Below, piece by piece: positions 8,672 to 19,460 of a stretch of DNA of 20,000 bases. This stretch comes from Chiloscyllium plagiosum (lineage: Eukaryota). The stretch is taken from assembly GCF_004010195.1 (NCBI RefSeq), contig NC_057711.1:79932833-79952832 (forward strand), written 5' to 3'. The translations under genes and the position numbers were made by a program. Each line of letters begins with the position of its first letter. Position 1 is the first letter of the stretch. Below the pieces are notes generated by a model, which did no database searches, was not told the origin of the DNA, and worked only from the letters and a program-made list of their open reading frames with translations.

Positions 8672-9260
8672 TTTATTGCTGGAGGAATAGAGTATTAAAA
8701 AGTAGGAAAGCGTTGTTGCAACTATACAAGGTACTAATAAGACCACACCTGAAGTATTACTAAGTTGATCCCCTTACATGGGAGCAGTTCAGAGGATGTT
8801 GACTAATTGATTCCACAGAAGAGAGGTTTTATTATAAGGAGAGATTTAGCAGTTTAGGCCTATCCTGTCTGAAGCTTTGAAGAATGAGAGAAGATCAAAT
8901 TGAGGTACACATAATAGTAAAGGGGAGTGACAAAGCAGATGTAGAAAGGCTATCCAGATGAGAGGTAATAGTTTTAGGATAAGAGGTAGCAGATTTAAAA
9001 TTGGAGATGAGAAAAAATGCTTCTCTCAAAAGGTTGTGAATCTGTGGAACTCATTGCCCCAAAGTGCGGTGGATGGAGGGACATTAAGTAAATTTAAGAA
9101 GGTGATAAACAGATTTTTAATTAGTAATGGGTTGAAGGGTTATGGAGAGTGGGCAGGAAAGTGGAGATGAGCCGAGATGAGATCACCCATCATATCAAAT
9201 GGTGGAGCAGGCTTTAGGGGCTGAATTGCCTTCCCCTGCTCCTAATTGTTACGTCCTTAT
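8672..9260 (+). mobile_element. Old CR1 LINE 3' fragment
   Basis: LYKVLIRPHLKY and FSQKVVNLWNSLPQ..V....LSKFK...NRFL; 3' UTR ggctgaattgccttcccctgctcctaattgttacgtccttat. Confidence 0.85.
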
Positions 9261-9691
9261 TACTATCAGATTTCCAGTTATTCTTCTGAACTATTGAGCA
9301 CCGGTAATTGGAATATAAAGCTTGCAAAAGTGATATTCATAGTGATTCACTCGAATATGAATGGTGACCAGAAGACAACCAGAATCTGCACAGGCAATTC
9401 TTCATCCTACAGTCTATTCTACACAAATACTGCCAAGTATGCTTGCCTTGACAGAAGGATTAACTGTTAGTATACATAAAATTACTAAATAATTATCAGC
9501 TAAAACTGATAAAAAATGGAGGAAACTGGTCAGATAAAAAAAAGGAAGAATGTTTCAAAGAAATGTGAAATTGCCTCCAGTCAGAATCTTTAGTTTGATT
9601 CTGAGAAAATTAATACAAGAGTAATCTTGTTATCAATTTAGGATAAATTCAAACTCTCACAATTACTGGAGCTGTTAAAGGAGCAAAGAAC

Positions 9692-11310
9692 AGGATTGGG
9701 GAGATGCTAAACAAATACTTTGCATCAGTGTTTACTGTGGAGTAGGACATAGAAGATATAGAATGTGGGGAAAAAGATGGTGACATCTTGAAAAATGTCC
9801 ATATTACAGAGGAGGAAGTGTTGGTTGTCTTAAAACACATAAATGATAAATCCCAGAAAATGATCAGGTGTACTCTGGGGGAGGGGAGGAAGGGGGGCGT
9901 TGGCTAATGTGGTGCCACTATTTAAGAAGGGTGGCAAGGAAAAGCTGGGGAACTATAGACGGTGAGCCTGACATCGGTGGTGGGCAGGTTGTTGGAGGGA
10001 ATCCTGAGGGACAGGATGTACATGTATTTGGAAAGGCAAGGACTGATTAGGGATAGTTAACATGGCTTTGTGCAGAGGAAATCATGTCTCATGAACTTGA
10101 TAAAGTTTTTTGAAGAAGTAATGAACAGGATTGATGAAGGCAGAGTGGTAGACATAATCTACATGAACTTCAGTAAGGCATTCGACAAGGTTCCTCATAG
10201 TAGGCTGGTTAACAAGGGTAGATCACATGGAATACAGGGAGAACTAGCCATTTAGATATAGAACTTGCTCAAAGGTAGAAGACGGAGGGTGGTGGTGGAG
10301 GGTTGCTTTTCACACTGGAGGCCTGTGACCAGTGATGTGCCATAAGGATTGATGCTGAGTCCACTGCTTTTCATTTATATGAATGATTTGGATGTGAACA
10401 TAGGAGATACAGACAGTAAGTTTGCAGATTGCACCAAAATTAGAGGAATAGTGGTCAGCAAAGAAGGTTACCTCAGCGTACAACGGGATCTTGATCAGAA
10501 GGACCGATCGGCCAAGGGGTGGTAGATAGAGTTTAATTTAAATAAATGTGATATGTTGCATTTTGGAAAAAAATCAGAGTAGGACTTATACACTTAATGT
10601 GTTGCTGAGCAAAGAGACCTTGGCGTGCAGGGTCATAGTCCCTTGAAAGTGAAGTTGCAGGGTAGATAGGATAGTGAAGAAGGTGTTTGGTATGCTTTCC
10701 TTTATTGTCAGAGCATTGAGTATGGGAGTTAGACGGTCATGTTGCAGCTGTACAGGACATTGGTTAGGCCACTTTTGGAATATTGTGTGCAATTCTGGTC
10801 TCCCTCCTATTGGAAGGATGTTGTGAAACTTGAAAGGGTTCAGAAATGATTTACAAGGATGTTGCCAGGGTTGGAGGATTTGAGCTATTGGGAAAGGCTG
10901 AATAGGCTGGGGCTGTTTTCCCTGGAGCGTCAGAGGCTGAGGGGTGACCTTATAGAGGTTTATAAAATCATGCGGGCATGGATAGGATAAATAAATGAGG
11001 CCTTTTCCCTGGGGTGGGGGAGTCCAAAACTAGAGGGTGTAGGTTTAAGTTGAGAGGGGAAAGATAAAAAAGAGTACTAAGGGCAACTTTTTCCATGCAG
11101 AGGGCGGTGCATGTATGGAATGAGCTGCCAGAGGAAGTGGTGGAGGCTGGTACAAATACAACATTTAACAGGCATCTGGATGGTTATATGAATAGGAAGG
11201 GTTGAGAGGGATATGGGCCAAATAATGGTAAATGGGACTAGATTAATTTTTTTACATCTGGCTGATGGGACTGAAGGGTTATTTCTGTGCTGCAACATCT
11301 CTAACTCTAT
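9692..11310 (+). mobile_element. 5'-truncated, degenerate CR1 (HER1-like) LINE, RT domain to 3' tail
   Basis: LNKYFASVFT, ANVVPLFKKG, QHGFVQRKSCLMNLIKFFEEV, IYMNFSKAFDKVPH, disrupted FADD (tttgcagattgcacc), RPLLEYCVQFWSP and WNELPEEVV; tail ctctaactctat. Confidence 0.93.
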
Positions 11311-11779
11311 AACAGCAAGCATGAATGAATGAAGCCCATTTTAAGGCACAAAGATTGCCATTTGCCCTAGCCCATTGAGTCAGGGCAGAAAACACATTAA
11401 CTTTGTGCTGCCTTCTTATCTAAATGATTTCAGGGTACAAGCCTGCGTAATCGAAAATTGAATTGGTCACTCACCAGGCTTTTCAATGGATCACCTCAGG
11501 ATATGGCAATGTCTTGCCTTGCTTGAGGCTACCAGCCAGTCAGAAGTCAGTAGCCTCAATGCACAGCCATTGCTGTTTCAAAGGCCAAGACTGCTGACTG
11601 CTCAGTGGCACTGAAGACCCTTGGAAAAGTCAGTAATTCCTTTCAGGACACTGCTGGGTTGGAGGTCACAGGAAGACAAGGTTATTGGAGGCAAGGGCAG
11701 GGATGTGGCATTCTTTGTCTAACTTTGCAAACTCTCTCCACTTAAGGAATATACAGATTTTCTGGTTTTCCTGCCAAAA

Positions 11780-12165
11780 TAGACAAGTTCATTTTTTTAT
11801 ATAAGCCTCCATCAGCCAAACATTCACCCAATTAATTAACAGGTCATTTTTTTTTGTACATTCTCTGCCTCTTCTTACTTTCCTGCCTATCCTGATGTCA
11901 CTGGCAAATTTAGCTACCAAGAATTTGGTCCCTTCCTATTGATGGTACATAATCATGGAGTCAGCACCTGATTCCTAAGCACTCCACTTGTGACAATTTG
12001 CTTTCCGTTTTCTGTTAACTAAACAATTCTTTATCTGTGAGAATATGTTAACCCTCTCCCAGTGTGTTCTTATCGGATGTAGTAACCTTTGATGTGGTAC
12101 CTTTTTTAAACATGTTTTGGAATCTAAGAACACCACATTTAAAGGATCCACTTTTCTTGTGACAG
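11780..12165 (-). mobile_element. Very old CR1 RT remnant
   Basis: Minus-strand VVFLDSKTCLKKVPHQRLLHPIRTHW...IKNCLVNRK resembles VYLDFQKAFDKVPHQRLL.KIRAHG...WI.NWL.NRKQ. Confidence 0.65.
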
Positions 12166-12960
12166 AGGCATAACGTAAAAATGTTGACAAAACTGCACAA
12201 ACTACTAATAGAAGGGGTGACAAAAGCATCTGAAGGAAATTTTCTAAGCAGGATAGAAATCTGCAGAATTGAAGGCAGTTCTAAAGTTGGGTTACAGGTA
12301 TCTGAAGGAATAGGCACGAACGGTGATGAAAGGGGCAAGAGAGATTCACTCACTCTCCTGATTCTGTGCTTTGTGTATGTCAGTGGAAAAAATATTGAGT
12401 GTGATGTGGAATTGGCTACAGAATTGCTACCATCTAAGTTATAATCAATCTTCATTATTATCATAAGGACAAGTTTTCTCAAAATGTACACAAAAGATAA
12501 AAAGGTAGCACAAGAATTGTGGTTATTCAATTAAACTTGTTAAATAATTTACAAGTTATGTCAAAATTGGTCTTTCTTGAACTGTTAACCAAACTGGGTG
12601 GCTTGGGTGATGGAGGAGAGGCAGGTCTCTCCAACATTTTATAATCTTAATAGCCTTTTTCCACTGTCCTAACTTAACTCAGCATTTTAAGATTATTTCC
12701 AATCATTTCTTGATATAAAGGCTATTTTGCCTACTTCACACTCACACTATGTTTCCAAACACCTACATGTTTTAAAAAAATAAATGTGAACTAAACATTT
12801 TTTAAAAAAAAGTGTTTTTCTTTGCTGTAGTGGATGTTCTAAAATGATTAATTTGATATATCATATATCCCTGGCAGACTGTGATAATTGAAATCATCCA
12901 TATTCATTGCATATTCAAAGGGATCCTGTGACTTTGTAATGTAAAATTTTCATTTTTAAC

Positions 12961-13089
12961 CTGTGCAGGAGCCTGCAGCTGGTGTTGTTTAATCCTATTA
13001 GTCACCCAGTTCCAAAGATTTAGTGTATAATTTTTATCTAGTGTTAATCCGCAGACAAGCCTCTGGCTAAAGCCTGTCAAAAGGATTCC
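12961..13089 (-). other. Candidate internal coding exon of an unidentified host gene (129 bp, phase 0-0)
   Basis: Acceptor cacattttccctgcag|G, donor CAG|gttaaa, open frame GILLTGFSQRLVCGLTLDKNYTLNLWNWVTNRIKQHQLQAPAQ; lies in a stretch with no recognised repeats; no homolog recognised. Confidence 0.28.
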
Positions 13090-14158
13090 CTGCAGGGAAA
13101 ATGTGGAGCTGATGATAGTGGAACACCAACTAATCTTATCTTAAATGCTAGCAGCAACCTTGCAGCCTGATATTCAGAGAATTATAAAAACAAAATTTTT
13201 ATGGTTATTAGTAAGTTCCTTTTATATATATAGACCTCACCTTTCTTTGCATATCTAAATTTTTGCACTTTGTTTTGTGTATCCATACAAAATATTGTCT
13301 ATGATTTCAGACATATGCCACAATGACATCATTGCTGGAAAATGATATTGGTCCTGCTGTTGATGGGGTGTTATCATTTGACACCTTCTTACATTAAATC
13401 TATTATTTGGTACTATAAAGTGGACCAACTATATAGCAAAATAATAAAGTTTCCATATTCTGAAGCTTTTGAGAGGTTCTAAATTGCTTGGTATGAAAAT
13501 TCAATTGTAGGCTATAGGATCAGAGAAACATCAGTCTTAAATCATTTTGTGAATGATTTTATACAAAAATTCAATTTGAAGCTCAAATGCATAATTTGTG
13601 ATGATGTTTCCACTTTGAAAAATTTAAATTGTACCTGGTATGCTTAAATATACTATAGTTAACTGGGCTGTTAATACTATGGAAATATTGGGTGCAAGTT
13701 TACGATTAGCAATAGGTAGCTTGCAAACTCATTTAAACAAACGAGAGTGGAAATTTAGTGATTGTTTTGTGGTCAGCCCCTCAATGAAATTTAAGCTTAT
13801 ATCATAGTTCCTCCTTTTGTAAATAAATGCAATGGGAGGAGTCTTTTCAGGCTCTGAACAATGTAGATTATGGCAAAGATCTGGGAAAATCATGTGAGAT
13901 GGCGAGCAAGGCCTTACTCAATGTCAAGAGTAAGACAAATCCTTTTCCTCAACCATGTCCCTGATGCTCAGATGAGATACTTGCCAGTGAGCAGAGACAA
14001 GTCAATTCAACAGGGTTATTGTTCATTATTGCCCACCTTACTGCCTGGTTCTGTCTCAGTAAGATGCAAACTCCCATTCTCTCACCTGCTCAAAAGAAAC
14101 TAGACACCTAGATTTCCTGACTTGAAAGTCAGAACGGATGTGTAGCAACTCCAGCTCA

Positions 14159-14259
14159 ACATAGAGTCACAGAGATGTAAAGCAGAGAAACAGACCCTTC
14201 AGTCCAACTCATCCATGCTGACCAGGTATCCCAACCCAAACGAGTCCCACCTGCCAGCA
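14159..14259 (-). mobile_element. CR1/HER1 3' tail fragment
   Basis: catagagtcacagagatgtaaagcagagaaacagacccttcagtccaactcatccatgctgaccagg is the reverse complement of the 3' end seen at ~18470-18545. Confidence 0.8.
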
Positions 14260-15903
14260 CCACTTGCTCCTCTGGGCCTCCTTCTTGGATACCGGATGCC
14301 AACATCCCAGGGCACATGCCATGGATAATAACTGCCTGTGTCCCATGCCCATGGATGTTGGAACCTGATTTGTATCAGTCTCACTGCATCATCATGGCTC
14401 ATCACAAGGCCACTTAAAAGAATTCTTCTGCAGTTTAATGATGCAGTTTGGAGTCCATCGGTACCTCTCAATGCAATGATGTTGCCAGGACACTTAGCAC
14501 AGAGGGGCAGGCACCCAACTGATAGATTGGCTATGACTCCATCTCAAGGCTGTGTATTCATTCTGTTGGTGCACATTCACTTTGCACTTCCCTGGGTGTT
14601 CTCAGTATCCCTACCTTTCCTTGCCTTTTTGTCTTTGACCCTTTTGTCAGACCTTTAAAGACTCACAGTACTTCTATCTTCGCTTGTCTTTTAGCAGAGA
14701 AGTAGAGTAAGGAAGCTTGTCATGATTCTCAGAGTTTATCAGTCAGTGGGGTTGAACATGTTGTTGTATGATAACTGTAAGTCAATGTCACACCAAAGCA
14801 TGTTCTAGCCACCCATGCAACAAACACCCTGTGTGTGTATCTACCAACTGTCCATGTCTTAAAGTTGAAGGGGAGTAATCGAGACAAGGAGGCCTGCTGT
14901 GTATCAGAAGGTGCCAGAACAGCCAGTCAAGGCCAGTGTTCGCCAACAGACCAAAGGCCTGGGCACAGTCAGTCATCTACTCAGGCAGTAAGGGCAAGAG
15001 CTCTATTTCACTACCGTCAGGGAATGGACCACAGTCAGTCCAGCATGTCCAGTGAAAGCAGTCAGAGGATTCACAGATCCTCAGTGTTGGGGTCTGGATA
15101 GGTAACATCCACATCTGTCAGGGGATTGGGCCATGGTCAGTTTTCAGTGTCCGTTCAATGAGCGTCAAGGGAGGTGTCAATATTAGGAACAGGGAAAGTG
15201 CCATCAATGGTGCTGATTGGACATTACATCCTGGGATGCCAAGAGAACAAGAATGGTGAAGGAGGGTGGGGGGTGGAGGAGGGACTTAACATCTAAAAGG
15301 GGGGAGCCAGTAGTGCCTTCGGGGAAAATGGGATGCTGTGGAAAAGGTATTACGATACTCATTACTAAATTAACCTCAATGAGGGAGGATGCATCACCAT
15401 GGTAGGCAGAGCTAATCTGTCGAGATAGAGTTCGGGGGTAAAGATGAGAGTTGCAGTTGGAACTCTAAGTGGTATGTGGGATCATTAAATGGGCCTTCCA
15501 GGGAGTCCTAAGTAGATATGGGATGTGAGATTTTGGAGAGGACAAGTTGCTGATGGCCGGGCTGAATGTGGGACTCACGTGTCAACTGCTACCTACATTG
15601 CCTTCCATGATCTCTTGATTTCTAAATGATCCCTATAAAAGGAAAATGGCAGTGAACACAGCCAGAGTGGTCTTATTTCTCTGGGCCACAATGTGAGCTC
15701 CACATTTGGATGATGGGTGGCCCTTCATCATAATGCACTTCCAGAGTGCGAGTTAAAATGTTTTGCAACCATACCTCTGCACCTGTGGAATACACACAGT
15801 GTTCAGCTGTGTAATATAAATACTGGTTACAGCAATTTTGACCATATCCTTGATCCTTGCAGATTAAAGATATACGTCTTTGTGCAGCAAGAGTAATCCC
15901 AGG

Positions 15904-16523
15904 TGTTATGAACTAGGCCCGAGCACTCCAAACATTCTTGAGCAGGCAACCCAGACCATAACTTTGCAAATTGTTTCAGTAAGTGTACAATGACAATTTG
16001 CCTGGAGTAAGTTAGCTAGGTTGACTACTAGTTTTTAAAACAGACAGAAATTTATTCACAAAATTATGCAATGAAACACAAAGAACAGAATAAAGAACCC
16101 CAACAGAACTCCAAATTATTTTATCCAAACTAGACTTAAAGTCCCCAATAAACAAACCCTCTTAAAAAAAGTATAAATGCAATACTTGCTTAGGGTTGAA
16201 GTTAGAAGGGTAAAAGAGAGAGAGAGAGAGAGCCTGTTTCCACACAGCTGGACTTCTAACTAGTTCTATACTGAACTGTTCAGCTAGAGAGCTGATTACT
16301 CCCCTTTCATTATACAGGTCACTTCTAAAACATGACCACTTTGGCCTGAAGTCTCAAATGTCTACATATAAACAAAAAGGCCTCTCAGTACCCTTTAATC
16401 TCTGTACCAAATCAGTCTAATTGGAACTTGGAGAGTTTTATGACCCCTCTGAAAAAAAAGAAGGAAACAGTAGCCTTGGGAAAAGGAACAGCTTTTAGGA
16501 AAAAAGAGACCAGCTTTGTGACA
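15904..16523 (-). mobile_element. Solo LTR (620 bp), Gypsy-like by TSD length
   Basis: Termini TGTTATGAA...TTTGTGACA (TG..CA, imperfect inverted ends); exact TSD cagg (15900-15903, 16524-16527); orientation tentative, from a minus-strand AATAAA at 16051-16056. Confidence 0.8.
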
Positions 16524-16849
16524 CAGGTGACCTTAAAAAATGGCATTTGCAGGTCAAACAGCTAATGAAGAGGCTGGATAGAAAAGGGGTGAAGTTGCAG
16601 TTCAGCACAAAACACTTGTAAAGGCCTACTGTCTCTTTGTGACATGAGTGGTGGTGTTTTCATTGGAATAAGGTCCAATGTCAAAGTTTTGTGTGAAGTA
16701 ATTTTAAGACCATCCTGGTCAGAGTGCTCCATGTCCCACTGTATGGATATTTATGGCAATCCATATCATTCTGGAGTGATGTGAATGCTGACTGCTCATA
16801 TTACTAGGGGAGCTGTTCTGTTTCTTATATTCCTCACACAGATTCATTG

Positions 16850-17480
16850 CAGACATGATAAATGGATCCAGCCACAGCAGGGATTATTATCATGGTTACT
16901 GTGCAGAGAAATGGAAGAGGAAAGGATGTGACAGCAATCCCAAGACCAACAGAAAACTGTTGCGGATGCCAAACAGCTTGCACATGAAGCTGCCTTAGCT
17001 TGAGGTTCCCTCAGGGTGCATATGAGGGCGAGAGACAATCATCCACAATGACATTTCCCCCCAGATGAGCAAGGCATATTGTCAGCACAGACTGAGGATG
17101 TAACCCTGGGTTACATTTCCTCTCATTTTTCCTGCCACAGTGCATACCTCTGAGATCTATACTCAGCAGTGGGCTCTGAAACTAAAAGTCAATGCATCTG
17201 CACTTCAATTGGTGTGTACCGACCCTTCAAGTGACCATACTGCTTCACAGATTAGAGAGAACTATGCCACCCATTCTTTCACAAGGGTCATGGTGAAGCA
17301 GTCAATAAGATTAGAATTCCACTATCTGGGTCAGTCCAGGGGTGGGGCTGCTTACACTACTCACTAGACAGGAGGTGCCATATAATTGTAACATGTGATC
17401 TGCACAATTGGAGCAGGTAAGAGGGGGGTGGTGGAGTTGGGCAAGCAGGAGGAAAGAGGTGAAGAGGAAACTGAGCAGGA
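16850..17480 (+). pseudogene. Decayed, internally deleted PIF/Harbinger transposase (HARBI1/DDE_Tnp_4-like) relic
   Basis: Collinear remnants FPQMSKAYCQHRLRM, LKVNASALQLVCT and ENYATHSFTRVMVKQSIRLEFHYLGQSRGG...ctgcacaat resemble Harbinger motifs YLQMSE.QCRRRLR, VKVTAALNFYASGSFQ and YN..H..TR..IEQ.IG.LK.RFRCLD.SGG...LHN. Confidence 0.6.
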
Positions 17481-17570
17481 GAAATATTATCTTCTGCATT
17501 GTAAAGTGCAGCTTCATCGGGTGCTGCATGTCAGACAGGATTTAATGGACACCCAGCTCCAGTAGATGTG

Positions 17571-17891
17571 AATCATGGAATCCCTACAGTGTGGAAACAG
17601 GCCCTTCGGCCCAACAAAGTCCACACCGACCCTCCAAAGAGTAACCCATCCTATATTTACCCTTGACTAATGCACCTAACCTACACATCCCTGAACACAA
17701 TGGGCAATTTAGCACAGCCAGTTCACCTAACCAGCACATCTTTGGACTGTGGGAGGAAACCAGAGCACTTTGAGGAAACCCATGCAGACACAGGCAGAAT
17801 GTGCAAACTCCACACAGTGAATCGCCTGAGGCTGGAACCGAACCTGGAGCTGTGAGGCAGCAGTGCTAACCACTGAACTACTGTGCTGCCC
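17571..17891 (-). mobile_element. HE1-type V-SINE
   Basis: Reverse complement starts gggcagcacagtagttcagtggttagcactgctgcctcacagc; V-domain appears as tttggactgtgggaggaaacc on +; CR1-like tail ggcccttcggccc. Confidence 0.9.
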
Positions 17892-18071
17892 CAAAATGTG
17901 ACCTTGGCTCATTGATCATTCATTGCTTGCTTTTGGTGCTTGCTTTTGGTGTTATTGATAAAAGGTGAATGTTTTGAACTCTTTCAAGTCTCCCTACTTC
18001 TAATGGTACTATATTGAATAATGACAAGATACTAGACTACAGTAGACATTGGGGGAAAAAGTAGTAGTGAT

Positions 18072-18545
18072 TTGGAAAAGGTTTACAAGGACGTTGCCAG
18101 GGCTGGAGGGTTTGAGCTATAGGGAAAGGCTGAATAGGCTGGAGCTGTTTTCCCTGGAGCATTGGAGGCTGAGGGGTGACCTTTTTGAGGCCTATAAAGT
18201 CATGTGAGGCATAGGTAGGGTGAATAGCCAAGGTTTTTTTTCCCAGGGTGGGGGAGTCCAAAACTGGACAACAAAGGTTTAAAATGAGAGGGGAAAGATT
18301 TGAAAGGGACCTAAGGGGCAATACCTTTACGAAGAACGTGGTATGTGTATGGAATGAGCTGCCAGAGGATATAGTGGAGGCTGGTACAATTACAACACTT
18401 AAAAGTTATTTGAATGGGTACATGAATAGGAGGGGTTTAGAAAAATATGGGCCAAATGCTAGCAAATGGGATGAAACAAATTTAGGATATCTGGTTGGCA
18501 TGGACGAATTGGACCGAAGTGTCTATTTCCTGTCAAACTCTATGA
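18072..18545 (+). mobile_element. CR1 (HER1-like) 3' fragment
   Basis: FTRTLPGLEGLSYRERLNRLELFSLE...RGD and VWNELPEDIVEAGTITTLKSYLNGYMN; collinear with 10850-11310; tail actctatga. Confidence 0.9.
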
Positions 18546-19460
18546 TGCCAAGATTATAAAGAGGGATTATGGCTAAGGACAGCTAAAGCTATGTTGCCTG
18601 GTGCTTAGGAAGTGTCAGCTGTGCCACATACATTGGTTTGTGTACTACTATGAAGATGGTGAAAGGAAAATCTGGACTGCCACTAATTAACTGGGTGCAT
18701 GTTTGGTGGGGATGAAAGATGGTACTGATACCAGGGATCTTGGGACCATGCAGCAATAGTTGGAATACTTCCAGCTATGGTGAGCAGGAGAATCAGTGAA
18801 GCATTGGTCATGAGGGGTGCTCTGGGAGCTGCACAGGTCAAGAATGAGGCACATTTAGGATGATCGCATGAGAAAACACGTTTAGACCAATGAAGACAAA
18901 CCCTCTGTGAAACCTGATGAAATATAACAGCTTAAGTATGGGAAGATTGAACTCAGCTTTTCCAAAAATCTTGTCAATTAAGTCAGAATTGCAGTTCATT
19001 TAAGAAAATTGTATTACTAAGAAGATTAACTTAATAGGTAACTTATTAGACCTAGATGCAGCTCATCCCAATATTCCAGTCTAAGATCATCTGAATTTGC
19101 AGAGTGGAGTCTGGAATTGCATTTTATGAGGCAGTTCTGATTTGTCAAATTCATTGGGTTGGCTCATTTAAACATTCACCAACAATCATGCAGACCAAAT
19201 CCCTTAGTGGATCAGAACATTGTGCTGGAATGCTTGGAAATTAAAGCTCTGCATTTAAAGAGACAAGTTTAGTAATTATGACAGTTGGAGTGAACTTGTC
19301 TGAGGCTGACATTTCCCAATACACCAGACCTCCAGCCTTCCCCCTCAGCATGTCACCACTGTCATACAGAAAGTAATATTTAATTGTTTTACCACAAGTT
19401 GCAAAGATTTAGCAAATTATAGCTGCCTCCATGAGGCATTTGTACCACATTATTGAGATA

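Noticed and set aside
11330..11770. Possible old non-autonomous DNA element (gctaccagccagtcagaagtcagtagcctc motif)
   Set aside because: No termini or TSD could be located; too decayed to support a call.
12048..12530. Longest ORF in the track (160 aa, minus) and the opposite 87-aa ORF
   Set aside because: Non-ATG start for the long one, partial overlap with a CR1 remnant, and no recognisable domain in either.
17566..17901. atgtga as TSD of the HE1 SINE
   Set aside because: Only 6 bp and offset by 4 nt from the element end; could be chance.
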